This document shows, piece after piece, positions 45,045 to 57,319 of a stretch of DNA of 64,000 bases. Source of the DNA: Mustelus asterias (taxonomy: Eukaryota); contig NW_027590177.1 of the NCBI RefSeq assembly GCF_964213995.1, forward strand, positions 558,001 through 622,000. The letters are read 5' to 3'. Within the stretch, counting starts at the first letter, position 1. Each line of letters begins with the position of its first letter. The notes under the pieces are model-generated. The model was not told the origin of the DNA, made no database searches, and saw nothing but the letters and a program-made list of their open reading frames with translations. The position numbers were made by a program, and so were the translations under genes.

Positions 45045-45480
45045 GATGGCGTGCGCTTTACCCACCATTCTTCGCGGTGGGGAATGTCCCCTATCCACAG
45101 CACGGAAGGGTTGTGCATGCGCAGTCCGGCAGTGTGTGGCGCATGCGTAGTGTGGATGATGGCAATGGGGAGCGACATTCCTCTGTCTCATCAGCAACCG
45201 GTAAGGATGCGGATACATGGAGGGAGGATTGGAACCGGCAGATGGACGGAGAGGGTTTCTAAATATCTGGTGAAGGTCTCAAACCTCTAATAGTAATCCG
45301 CAGGTCCCGTGTTTGCAGCTTCAGGTCTTTTTCCCGGGACGAGGCTCAGGTTAACAGCCGCCATCTTGATTCAGCAGGGAGCGGAGCGCATGCGCCGGTG
45401 TCTTGGTGACGCAACAGTGAGTGGGTGGGGCTTCAGCGTTTTCTGCTCCCAACTGGGTCCTCGTGACCGGATTTAACAGC
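45045..45480. promoter_or_regulatory. CpG-island promoter between loci 10 (-) and 11 (+)
   Basis: NRF1 motifs (gcatgcgca, gcgcatgcg, gcgcatgcgc), YY1 GCCGCCATCTTG at ~45357, donors CCG|GTAAGG (~45200) and CA|GTGAGT (~45417). Confidence 0.7.
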
Positions 45481-45547
45481 AAACTGAGCAACAGGTTTTA
45501 AACACCCACTCCCAGGCTGCAGCCAATGTTTGCAGCCTTGAGGAATC

Positions 45548-46581
45548 CATGGGCCATGTACATACTCCAGAAGTTGTTTATTCCTGTTTGGCGCAAGAGT
45601 GGTAAGGGAATTGTGGCCAAGCCATGGCTTACAAGGGAAATTAGAGATAGTATCAGATTCAAGGAAGAAGCATACAAATCGGCAAGAAAAAGCAATAGGC
45701 CCGAGGATTGGGAGCAGTTTAAAATTCAGCAAAGGAGGACCAAGGGATTGATTAAAAAGGGAAAAATGGAGTATGAAAGTAAGCTAGCAGGGAACATAAA
45801 AACTGACTGTAAAAGTTTCTGTCGATAAAGAGAAAAAGATTGACAAAAACGAATGTTAGAAACGGGAGAATTCATAACGGGGAATAAAGAAATGGCCGAC
45901 GAATTAAATTTGTACTTTGCTTCAGTCTTCACAAAGGAAGACGTGAATAATGGACCAGATGTGCTGAGAGAAACATGTTTTAGTCAGGGGCTGAAGGAAA
46001 TCAGCATCAGTCGAGAAATGGTTTTGGGGAAATTGATGGGATTGAAGGTGGATAAATCTCCAGGTCCAGATAATCTTCATCCCAGAGTACTTAAGGAAGT
46101 GACCCTGGAAATAGTAAATCCATTGGTGGTTATTTTCCAAAATTCTTTGGACACTGGAATAGTTCCTGCAGATTGGAGGGTAGCTAATGTAAGCCCACTA
46201 TTCAAAAAGGGAGGGAGAGAGAAAACAGGGAACGAGAGACCAGTGAGCCTAACATCGGTACTGGGGAAGTTGCAGGTGTCTATTATCAAGGATTTCACAA
46301 CTCGGCATTTGGAAGGCAGTGGTATAATCAGATAAAGACAGCATGGATTTACAAAAGGGAAATCATGTTTGACGAATCTATTGGAATTTTGTAAGGATGT
46401 AAGGAGTAGAGTTGACCGAGGAGAACCAGTGGATGTGGTTTATTTAGACTTTCAGAAGGCTTTCGACAAGGTCTCACATAACAGACTATTTTGTAAAGTT
46501 AAAGCACATGGGATGCTGATAATGTCTTGAGATGGATAGAAAACTGGTGAGCAGATAGGAAACAAGAGCTGACATAAATGA
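45548..46581 (+). mobile_element. Decayed CR1 ORF2 fragment
   Basis: KPWLTREI, KSPGPDNLHPRVLKE, RPVSLTS, QHGF and DFQKAFD, with stops. Confidence 0.9.
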
Positions 46582-46899
46582 GTCTTTTCCATGGTGCTGG
46601 TGTCCTTGTGTCTCTCTCGGTTAAACAATCTGTTCAAGCCTTGTCGACACAAAGAACTTGTGTATTGTTTCTCAGTGAGGGAATCAAGGTTTATGGGGCA
46701 AGGTGGAAAAGTGGAGTTGGGGATTATATCAGATCAGCCATGATCTTATTGAATGAGATCAAACAGTGTCATCACTGATCAGTCAAGAGGTGTTGTGGAC
46801 CAGGCCCAATTTAAGATTATTAATTAGACTCACAATGTGGCTCACTTATGCTGACTAGAAGATCCATATATCCTGACTCGGGGTCTGGTTCACTCCAGG

Positions 46900-47485
46900 C
46901 AAAAGCAACTTTCCAGGAAGTCTTGCTACAGCTGTACAAGGGATTGTTAAGACCACACCTTGCGTATTCTGTACAGTTTTGGGCTTCTTCCTTCAGAATG
47001 ATATACAAGCATTGGAAGCAGTTCATAGAAAGTTCACGAGGCTGATTCCTGGGATGAAGGGTTGTCTTATGAGGAAATGCAGAGCATGTTGAACCTTAAC
47101 TCAGTGGAGTTTAAAAGAAAAAGTAGTGACATTTTTGAAACAAATAGGATTTTGAGGGGGTTTGGTAGGAGCTGCGAGGTGGATGTTTTCTCTCATGAGG
47201 AAATCGAGAACAGTTTGAATAGATGGAGATGAGGAGGAGTTTCTTCTCTCAGAGGGTTGTTAGTCTTTGGAATTCTGTTCCACAGAGAGCAGCGAAGGCT
47301 GGGTCATTGAATGTATTCAAGGCTGAGTTGGACAGATTTTTGACCAACAGGGAAGTCAAGAGGAATGGGTAACTGGCAGGAAAGTGCAGTTAAAGCCAGA
47401 TCAGGTCAGCCATGGTCTCACTGAATTGCAGAGCAAGCTTGATGGAGTAAATGGCCTCCTTTTTACTCCCATTTCTTATGATCTC
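46900..47485 (+). mobile_element. Decayed CR1 3' fragment
   Basis: LQLYKGLLRPHLAYSVQFWA; tail aatggcctcctttt...ttcttatgatct. Confidence 0.8.
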
Positions 47486-48023
47486 TGACTCCAGGACAGC
47501 AAACAATGAGCATGGATCTGGGAGCGTGTATATTAGGTACAGCAAAGTGAGAATGGAGGGAGTGTGTGTGGAATGGAGATTTACAGATTTTGGGGAATGA
47601 GAGAGGAAAGAATGTTCCATGGAAACTCGAATTGTCTGTTCTGAATGTCTATCCTTTACTGATACTAATGATCTTTGTAAACTCCTTCTCCAGAATATTA
47701 GAAGGCGAGGATTTGCCTCAACTCAAGATCTGACAGAATCTGCAATTCACTTGACCTGAATATCATCGGACATTGAATCTAAAAGCAGAAATATTGGTTG
47801 TTCTGTCTGCTTCAAACTTCAATGTGATTGGAAAAGCACCGAGATGTACACACACCCAAGTGAGAGTGTTCCGGTGCACTGACTGGAGAAAGCTTTAACT
47901 CGCTATACAGCTCCACAAACACATTAGACTGTTCACAGCGTGCAGAGACTGTACAGGTGTTCTGTGTGTGGACGAGGCTTCAACTGACCATCCAACCTGG
48001 AGAGACACAAGGACACCAGCGCC

Positions 48024-48992
48024 ATGGAAAAACCATGGAAATGTGGGGACTGTGGGAAGAGATTCCAATCCCCGTCTGCACTCGAGAAACATCGACGCAG
48101 TCACACTGGGGAGCGGCCATTCACCTGCTCCAAATGTGGGAAGGGATTCACTCACTCATCGGCCCTCCTGACACATCAGCGAGTTCACACTGGGGAAAAG
48201 CCGTTCATCTGCTTTGTGTGTGGAAAGCGATTCTGTGATTCATCAGCCTTATTGGCACACCAGCATGTTCACACTGGGGAGAGGCCATTCACCTGCTCTG
48301 AGTGTGGGAAGGGATTCAGTCAATCAGCCAACCTGCAGACACACCAGCGAGTTCACACTGGGGAGAGGCCATTCACCTGCTCTGAGTGTGGGAAGGGATT
48401 CACTCGGTTGTCCAACCTGCTTACGCACCAGCGAATTCACTCTGGGGAGAGACCGTTCACCTGCTCTGACTGTGGGAAAGGATTCAGTGATTCATCCAAC
48501 CTGCTTACGCACCAGCGAATTCACACGGGGGAGAGGCCGTTCACCTGTTCTGACTGTGGGAAAGGATTCACTAATTCCTATAACCTGCTGAGACACCAGC
48601 GGATTCATACTGGCGAGAGGCCATTAACCTGCCCTGCTTGTGGGAAGGGATTCATTAATTCCTACAACTTGCTGATACACCAGCGAGTTCACACTGGGGA
48701 GAGGCCATTCCCCTGCTCTGTGTGTGGGAAGGGATTCACTCAGTCATCCAACTTGCTGACACACCAACGAGTTCACTCTGGAGAAAGGCCGTTCACATGC
48801 ACTGAGTGTGGGAAGGGATTCATTCAGTTATCCCATCTAACGACACACCAGCGAGTTCACACCGGGGAGAGACCATTCACCTGCTCTGTGTGTGGGAAGC
48901 GATTCACACATTCATCCACCCTGCTAACACACCAGCGAGTTCATAAGTTGGATTCTGTTGTTATTACTACTGTTAATCACACCCAGGACTGA
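48024..48992 (+). CDS. C2H2 zinc-finger protein (locus 11), 322 aa, 11 fingers
   Basis: GCCATGG start, uninterrupted array, acceptor ccttctccag at ~47693. Confidence 0.92.
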   Translation: MEKPWKCGDCGKRFQSPSALEKHRRSHTGERPFTCSKCGKGFTHSSALLTHQRVHTGEKPFICFVCGKRFCDSSALLAHQHVHTGERPFTCSECGKGFSQSANLQTHQRVHTGERPFTCSECGKGFTRLSNLLTHQRIHSGERPFTCSDCGKGFSDSSNLLTHQRIHTGERPFTCSDCGKGFTNSYNLLRHQRIHTGERPLTCPACGKGFINSYNLLIHQRVHTGERPFPCSVCGKGFTQSSNLLTHQRVHSGERPFTCTECGKGFIQLSHLTTHQRVHTGERPFTCSVCGKRFTHSSTLLTHQRVHKLDSVVITTVNHTQD

Positions 48993-51059
48993 ACCATGTT
49001 CATTCTGACAGTTGGTGAAGTGGGAGAGTCGGGGGGTTTCTTTCTGCTGGACTGGCCGGTCTCACGACTTTGCTTCCAATGGGCTGATGGTCTTTGAGCC
49101 TGGGAGAGCACATTTCCACTGAAATGATTCACAAAAGCTGACAAATTCATTTAATCCTGGATAGTAAATAGTGTTTCTCCTACCACTACAGCTAGATCCA
49201 AAATAATACTTTTGTCTCAGTTCCATTGAGTGTCTCTCCAGTGCCTCCATGTCCTAAATGGAGATCACTAATTTGGCAGAGCTCCCAGTGTTGTGTAACC
49301 CTGGTTTTAAACAAGCTGAACATAATCTTCCCGCTTTTCAATTCTATCCCTCTGGAATGGAGCCCTATGTATGGGCCCCACACTTTAGGAAAGATGTGAA
49401 GTTCTTAGAGAGGGTGCAGAGGGGATTTACGGGAAGGAAACCAGGAAAGAGGGACTTCAGTTAGTTGGAGCGGCTGGAGTAGCTGAAATTATTCTCTTTA
49501 GATCACACAGTAATAGGGACAGGCCATTTGGCCTATTGAGTCCAGACCAACTCTGTAGAAAAAACATTCAGTCCCATTGCCCTGTTCTCGTGCCATAATC
49601 TGCAGATTTATTCCCCTCAAGCATCCATCCAATTTCCTTTTGATATCGTTCAGCCTCTGCTTCCACCCCCTCATATTCAGCGAGTTTCAGTTCATTATCA
49701 GGGTCTGTGATAAAATGTTCTTCCTTACATCCCCTCTGCATCTCTTCGCCAAACCTTAAATCTGTGCCACCTCAGAAGCAACAGCTTTTCTTTCTCTGTC
49801 TGATCTAAACCTGTCATAAATTTCTACACCTCTATCGAATCTATCAAACCAAGAGAAATGTTTGTCTCTTCCAAATTTCACACCTGGACATGACTGTGAT
49901 GGATTTTGTAAATTTATTTTGTAGTGTATTGGAAAAGAAGTTGCAGGCAGTAACTCAAACTAGATCTCACATCAAAATCTGACTGAGTCACTGTTCAACA
50001 GGACCTGGATATTGAGTTCCAGGTCATTACCACTCACTGTGTAAATGTTTTTTCCTCCAACCTCCTCTGTAGATCTTGCTCAAAATCTTAAAACTGTGTC
50101 CGAAGATCCTTTGTAAATCAGCTGATCAGAACAGCTTTTCTTTATCTATCTTCTAAAATCTGTTATAAATGTGTACACCTTCATCAAATCTCCCCTCAAT
50201 CTACTTTGCTCCAAGGAGAACAACCCCAGTTTCTCCAGCCTATCATTGTTGTTAAAACCCCTCATCCCTGGTATTATTCTGGTAAATCTCCTCTGCACCT
50301 TCTCAAGGGCCCTCACTTCCTAAAGTGTGGTGATCAGAAATGGACTCATGAGTTGGGGTCTAACTGGTCCCAGAGGAAACCAATGCAGGCAGGAGCATAA
50401 CATACAAACTCCACACAGTCACCAAAGGCCAGAATTGAACTGGCAGTGTGAGTCAGCAGTGCTAACCACTGTGCCAAAAGCAGGAGGTCATTGTATCCAT
50501 CGTGCTTATGCCAGCTATCCGATTAATCCCATCGCTCTGCAATTTTCTCAGCGTTTACCCATTTAAAGCCCCCTCCCTTTATCTGCAGTCACAAAGTTTA
50601 ATAATAAAACCCCAGTCTAAATAACATGTATCTGACTGACAAATGTTGAAGTGTTTGTTTGGAGCCACAAGTTTCAAGTTTGCACCTGAGCTTCAGGAAC
50701 CTTTCTGCCTGTCTTGCTTCTTGTGTCAATGACACACTGCTCTGCCCCAGATGCCATGGCACCAGTCAATGCAATATGTAAAACCTCGACTAATCTCTGT
50801 GCTCGGGGAATCCCCTCTTATACTTTTTCACATCACAAAGACTATGGAGATTGATTTAACTCAGTCATTGCCGAGCTAACATTTGAACAGACCAATTATA
50901 AAATATGTCTTTGAACCATCTGTATCCATTCAAGCCACGTCAAACTCTCAAACAATTGCCATCCCACACTCCATCCCCGGTAAAGGGAGTCAGCATTGCC
51001 ATGCCAAGCAGTGAAAACAAGGTTATCTTGACACCCAGGTGTCGTTTAGAATTCAGAAA

Positions 51060-51770
51060 AAGTGTTCCATATGCCTTTTTCACCACCCTACTAACATGTC
51101 CTTGCGTCTCTAGAGATCTATGGACAAACACGTCAAGATCCCTTTGTTCCACAGAACTTCCGAGTGTTCCATCATTCATTGAGTACTTTCTTGTCAAATT
51201 ACTTCCAAAGTGTATCACTTCACACTTTTCAGAGTTAAATTTCATCTGCCACTTATCTGTCCATTTGACCATTCTGTCTCGTATCTTCTCGTAGACCAAC
51301 ACATTCTGCCTCACTGTTAACCACCCGTTGGTTCTTTGTGTCATCCGCAAACTTACTAATCCTACCCCCCACTTGGTTATCAATGTCATTTGTAATAATG
51401 ACGAATAATAGGGGGCCCAACACAGCTCCCTGTGGTACACCACTGGATACTAGCTTCCAATCATTAAAGTAGCTTCACTCTCTGCCTCCTACAACTGAGT
51501 CAATTTTGAATCCACTTTATCAAATTACCCTGTATCCCATGTGAATTTATCTTCTTTACACATCTCCCATGTGAGACCTTGTCAAAAGCTTTGGTGAAAT
51601 CCACATAAACTACATTGACTGCACTACCCTCATCCACACACCTAGTCACCTCCTTAAAAAATTCAATCAAATTTGTTTGGCATGACCTCCCTCTGACAAA
51701 GCCATGCTGACTATCCCTGATCAAGCTTTGCCTCTCCAAGTGAAGATAGATGCTCTCCTTCAGAAGTTTC
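51060..51770 (-). mobile_element. Decayed CR1 RT fragment
   Basis: QHGFVRGRSC, DFTKAFDKV and WQMKFNSEKCEVIHFG on the minus strand. Confidence 0.88.
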
Positions 51771-52529
51771 TCTTGAGGAGAAGGAGATCTCTCTCTCTCT
51801 CTGACCCCTCACTCAATTTCACTCTGTTGTTTTGCAGTTCTGTTCTGGGCCTGAATGGTGTAACATCTACTCAATCTTTCCTTCTCCTGAAGGAGCACCG
51901 TGAGTTCTAGGTTCCTAGTACATGAGGACAGATGCTTCAAGCAACAGATCAAGCATGGATGTAAAAGATTCTCCAGCTCTCTCTTTACCTCTATCCAACT
52001 TGTGGACAGTTCTTATTCAGCATTGTTTCTCTCAAGACCTTAATTGTCCCAATCCATTATTTTATCCATTTTGCTTTAATTTCACTCACTTTCTGTCCCT
52101 GTGTATTGTGTTTAATTGGACCCTGATTGTTTTGAACTCAGTTTCTCTCTGGAGTGTGTGTCAATGCCTTGATGATGTCACAATGTTGTCTCAATCCCCT
52201 GGCCACATTAACCATTTCATCTCCTGCTGTGTCTCAAGTAGCTGTGTGTGTTTGGGACCCGCTCTTCACTCCATCTCACCATGAATTTAGGCTTGCTATT
52301 TTTCACATGTAACAAATCACATCTGCACACTCACTCCGGTGTCCCAAAATCATGTCACACATTCTTAACTCTCAGATGTGTTGATGTAAAGATCAAAGTG
52401 AGTGTCTGTCTTACCTTGCCCTGTTATGGTTCTGATATTTCAGATATTTCAGCAGGGATTACAAATGTGGCTTTCCTTAAAACAAAGTTCATGGACAAGG
52501 ATATTAAAAATTCCAAGAAAAAGTGATCC

Positions 52530-53420
52530 ACCTCTTCATCCCATCTCACGTTTTAGGAGTGTTGATGGAAAGGAGGTCATTGATATTGTTAAATATCATA
52601 AGAATAAAAAATCTACAAATTCAAACAATACTGAGATGTCAATCATTAAGCAGGTTATTGATTGTGGAGTAAAATCATTGACTTATATTTGCAACCGGTC
52701 TTTTCAAACTGGACTATTTCCCTGTAAAATGAAAATAGACAAAGTTATTCCCTGGTTTAAAACTGATGACAAATGTGATTTTACTAATTCCAGGAGCGTG
52801 TCTTCACTTTCCTTGTTTTTCAGAGAAAAGAGAAGTCATTTGCTAAATGATCTGATAATTCCATTGCTCAATGTAACTCACTGTGTAATAGTCAGATCAA
52901 GTCAGTCGATCTCATTATCACTGATGGAATTTGTGGAGGAAATGATGAATCCTGTGGATAAAAAGACATTTACAATAGAGGTTTTTACTGATCTTACACA
53001 GCATTTAATACAATTGACCATGGAATATTACTTGAAACACTGGAAACATATGCGATTCAGGGAGTGGTGAATAATTGTCTCAGAAGTTATTTGGAAAATC
53101 TCAACAATTTGTAACAATAGATGATTGTGAATCAGATTGTGTGAATATTGTGTGTGGAGTCTCACAGGGATCTGTTTTGGGCCCTAAATTGTTTATTTTA
53201 TATATTAAGGACATTTGAAATATATCAACATTATTACAATTTGTTTTATTTGCAGATGATGCCAATATTTTTGCTGTGGGTGGGACCTTCAAGAGCTTAT
53301 TGAAATTGTTAGTGCTGGTTTGTCAAAAATAAGTTGTCACTGACTCTGAGTAGAATGAAGTTTCTATTATTTGGTAAAGTAAATCCTCAGACTAATAAAA
53401 TAAACAATGTCAATATTTAC
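52530..53420 (+). mobile_element. AT-rich LINE RT fragment of a different clade (Crack/Daphne-like, L2 group)
   Basis: TYICNRSFQTGLFPCKMKI.KVIP.FK; CGVSQGSVLGPKLFILYI; VLFADDANIF. Confidence 0.75.
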
Positions 53421-53512
53421 AAAAATAGAAGAGGGGTCAGACCCCTCTGATGAAGGGTCATCTAGACATGAAATATTGGCTCTATTCTCTCCCCACAGAC
53501 AATGTCAACATT

Positions 53513-53730
53513 TATTTATTCATGGGATGTGGGTGTCGCTGGCTGGTACAGCATTTATTGCCCATTCCTAATTGTCCTTGAACTGAGAGGGCAATTAAAG
53601 GCAACCACATTGCTATGGATCTGGAGTTACGTGTTGGCCAGACCAGATTAGGGAAGCAAATCTGCCGACCTTAAGGACATCAGTAAACCAGATGTGATTT
53701 TACGACAATCATTTCTAATCATCATTAGTG
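53513..53730 (-). mobile_element. Deu-domain-like SINE fragment
   Basis: Reverse complement of the tail seen at 17780-17945. Confidence 0.6.
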
Positions 53731-54039
53731 TCATGTTCAAAATAAATAAATAAGTTCAGTGTAACTTAGGTAAGGGGCCCATTAACCACTCCCACACAAG
53801 ATCTCATACCTTTACTATTTCTTATCTCGACCCAAACTGATTCTATATCCTGATCTTTCAGGCTAAGGTTGTCGCTCTGTACTGGACTAATGTCATCGTT
53901 AATTAATGTGAGAGATCCTGTCATCTTTTCCTAGCTTCCTGCCATTCCGTAATGTCAAATACCCTTTCATATTTAGATCCCAGACTTGGTCACCTTTCAA
54001 GCCTCTGTAATGTCAATCAGGACACACATATTTAACTTT

Positions 54040-55404
54040 AGTGAGCCTCACATCTGTGGTGGGTACGTTGTTGAAAGGTATTTTGAGAGGCAGGAACTAC
54101 AGGCATTTAGAGACACAAGGTCCAATTAGGAACAGTCAGCATGGCTTTGTGAGTGGAAAATCATGTCTCTCAAAGTTTTTTGAAGGGGTAACCAAGAAGG
54201 TAGATGAGGGCAGTGCAGTTGATATTGTCTACATGGACTTCAGCAAGGCCTTTGATAAGGTACCACATGGTAGGTTGTTGCATAAGGTTAAATCTCACGG
54301 GATCCAGGGTGAGGTATCTAAATGGATACAAAATTGGCTTCTTGACAAAAGCCAGAGGGTGGTTGTAGAGAGTTGTTTTTCAAACTGGAGGACTGTGACC
54401 AGCGGTGTGCCTCAGGGATCAGTGCTGGGTCCACTGTTATTTGTCATTTATATTAATGATTTGGATGAGAATATAGGAGGTATGGTTTGTAAGTTTGCAG
54501 ATGACACCACGATTGGTGGCATAGTGGACAGCGAAGAAAGTTATCTCCGATTGCAATGGGATCTTGATCAACTGGGCCAGTGGGCTGACGAATGGCAGAT
54601 GGAGTTTAATTTAGGTAAATGCGAGGTAATGCATTTTGGTAGATTGAACCAGGGTAGGACCCACTCAGTTAACGGCAGGGCGTTGGGGAGAGTTACAGAA
54701 CAAAGAGATCTTGGGGTACAGGTTCATAGCTCCTTGAAAGTGGAGTCACAGGTGGACAGAGTGGTGAAGAAGGCATTCAGCATGCTTGGTTTCATTGGTC
54801 AGAATATTGAATACAGGAGTTGGGACGTCTTGTTGAAGTTGTACAAAACATTGGTGAGGCCACATTTGGAATACTGTGTACAGTTCTGGTCACCCTATTA
54901 TAGGAAGGATATTATTAAACTAGAAAGAGTGAAGAAAAGATTTACTAGGATGCTACCAGGACTTGGTGGTTTGAGATATAAGGAGAGACTGGATAGACTG
55001 GGACTTTTTTATCTGGAGCATAGGAGGCTGAGGGGTGATCTTATAGAGGTCTATAAAATAATGAGAGGCACAGATCAGCTCGATAGTCAATATCTTTTCC
55101 CAAAGGTAGGGGAGTCTAAAACTAGAGGGCATAGGTTTAAGTTGAGAGGGGAGAGATACAAAAGTGTCCAGAGTGGCAATTTTTTCACACAGGGTGGTGA
55201 GTGGAACAAGCTGCCAGAGGTAGTAGTAGAGGCGGGTACAATTTTGTCTTTTAAAAAGCATTTAGACAGTTACATGGGTACGATGGGTATAGAGGGATAT
55301 GGGTCAAATGCGGGCAATTGGGATCAGCTTTGGGGTTTTAAAAAAAAGAGTACGGACAAGTTGGGCCAAAGGGCCTGTTTCCATGCTATAAACCTCTATG
55401 ACCT
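54040..55404 (+). mobile_element. 5'-truncated CR1 LINE, RT frame open for 458 codons
   Basis: QHGF, DFSKAFD, PQGSVLGP and FADD; tail ctctatgacctctat; same subfamily as 1915-3502. Confidence 0.94.
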
Positions 55405-56082
55405 CTATCCACGCTGACAATTCATTCCTTTTGTTACAAATGCTGCGTGCATTTTCAGAGATTCAATAATCTTAATGGGATTTAATGAGAAACCTCTTTA
55501 CCAGCGAGTGGTGAGAATGTGGAACTCACTACCACAGCAAGTGGTTGAGGTGAACAGCATGAATACATTGAAGGGGAAGCTGGATACATACATGAGGGGG
55601 AAAGGAATAGAAGGATATGCTGATGGGGTGAGATGAAGAGGGGTGGGTGGAGGCTCATGTGGAGCATAAATACTGACACAGACCAATTGTGCCGACTGAT
55701 CTGGCCCTGTGCTGTGGACTCAATGGAACAGAGACCAATGTATTTATTTAAGATCTAGCTTTAGTGGTAGGAAAAACAATATTTATGATCCAGGATTAAA
55801 TAAACATCCTTCATCAGTTTGTGTGGATCATTTCAGTGGAAATGTGCTCTCCCAGGCTCAAAGAGCATCAACCCACTGGAAACAAAGTCGTGAGACTGGC
55901 CAGTCCAGCAGAAAGAAACCCTCCGACCCTCCCACTTCACCAACTATCAGAATGAACATGGTTCAGTCCTGGGTGTGATTAACAGCAGAATCCAATGCTT
56001 GTAATCGCTTGTGAACTCGCTGGTGTCTCAGCAGGTGGGATGATCGTGTGAATCCCTTTCCACATTCAATGCAGCTAAACGG

Positions 56083-56931
56083 TCACTCCCCAGTGTGAAG
56101 TCGCTGGTGTGTCAGCAGGTTAGACAATCGACTGAATCCCTTCTGACACACAAAGCAGTTAAATGGCCTCTCCCCAGTGTGAACTCGCTGGTGTGAAATC
56201 AGGTTGGATGAATCACTGAATCCCTTGCCACATACTGAGCAGGTGAATGGCCTCTCCCCGGTGTGGACTCGCTGGTGTGTCTGCAGGCTGGATGCCTGAC
56301 TAAATCCCTTCCCACACAGAAAGCAGGTGAATGACCTCTCCCCAGTGTGAGTTCGCTGGTGTGAAAACAGGTTGGATGAATCACTGAATCCTTTACCACA
56401 CTCAAAGCAGGTGAAGGAAGCCTCCCCAGTATGAAGTTGCTGGTGTCTCAGCAAGTTGGCGGAGTTAGTGAATCCCTTCCCACACACAGAGCAGGGAAAC
56501 GGCCTCTCTCCGGTGTGAACTCGCTGGTGTGAATACAGGTTGGATGACTGAGCAAACCCTTTACCACACATGGAGCAGATAAACGGCCTCTCCCCAGTGT
56601 GAACTCTCTGGTGTGTCTGCAGTGTGGATGAAACGCTGAATCCCTTCTCACACACGGGGCAAGTGAATGGCCTCTCTCCATTGTGAACTTGCTGGTGTAT
56701 CAGCAAGTGCGATAACTGAGTGAATCCCTTCCCACAATCAGAGCAGGTGAATGGCTTCTCCCCAGTGTGAACTCGCTGGTGTGTTAGCAAGATCGATAAC
56801 CGAGAGAACGCTTTCCCACAATTGGAGCAGGTGAACGGCCTCTCCCCGGTGTGACTGCGTCGATGAATTTCCAGCACCGATGGGGAACGGAATGACTTTT
56901 CACAGTCCCCACATTTCCATGACTTTTCCAT
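56083..56931 (-). CDS. C2H2 zinc-finger protein (locus 12), 282 aa, 10 fingers
   Basis: [10 protein letters not shown]... uninterrupted to a TGA in the last linker; acceptor ttttacag|g at ~57225. Confidence 0.88.
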   Translation of the reverse strand: MEKSWKCGDCEKSFRSPSVLEIHRRSHTGERPFTCSNCGKAFSRLSILLTHQRVHTGEKPFTCSDCGKGFTQLSHLLIHQQVHNGERPFTCPVCEKGFSVSSTLQTHQRVHTGERPFICSMCGKGFAQSSNLYSHQRVHTGERPFPCSVCGKGFTNSANLLRHQQLHTGEASFTCFECGKGFSDSSNLFSHQRTHTGERSFTCFLCGKGFSQASSLQTHQRVHTGERPFTCSVCGKGFSDSSNLISHQRVHTGERPFNCFVCQKGFSRLSNLLTHQRLHTGE

Positions 56932-56978
56932 GATCTGAGTGTCTTTTTGTCTCTCCTGCAGCTTTCACAATACGTGCA

Positions 56979-57061
56979 CTGGGACACTGTCACTCGGGAC
57001 TGGAACACTGTCACTCGGGACTGGGACACTGTCACTCGGGACTGGGACACTGTCACTCGGG
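56979..57061 (+). repeat. 21-bp tandem repeat x4 in the leader of locus 12
   Basis: (ctgggacactgtcactcggga)4. Confidence 0.93.
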
Positions 57062-57319
57062 TTGCACGGGCCTCGATGCTTTTCTGTTCACACCAATGGT
57101 TCACCGAATTCAAGCAGATAAACGTTTCTTCCTCCAGATTCAAAACCGATGACATCTAGCTCCCATGAATTGAGTGACTGTTAGATCTTGACATTTCTAT
57201 CAGCAAATCCTCTCCTTCTAATATCCTGTAAAACAAATTTACAAAAGTCATCACTGTCAGAACGAGATAGAAATTCAGATCAGACAATTCTAATTCATGT
57301 GGAACACTGCAAAGAATGC

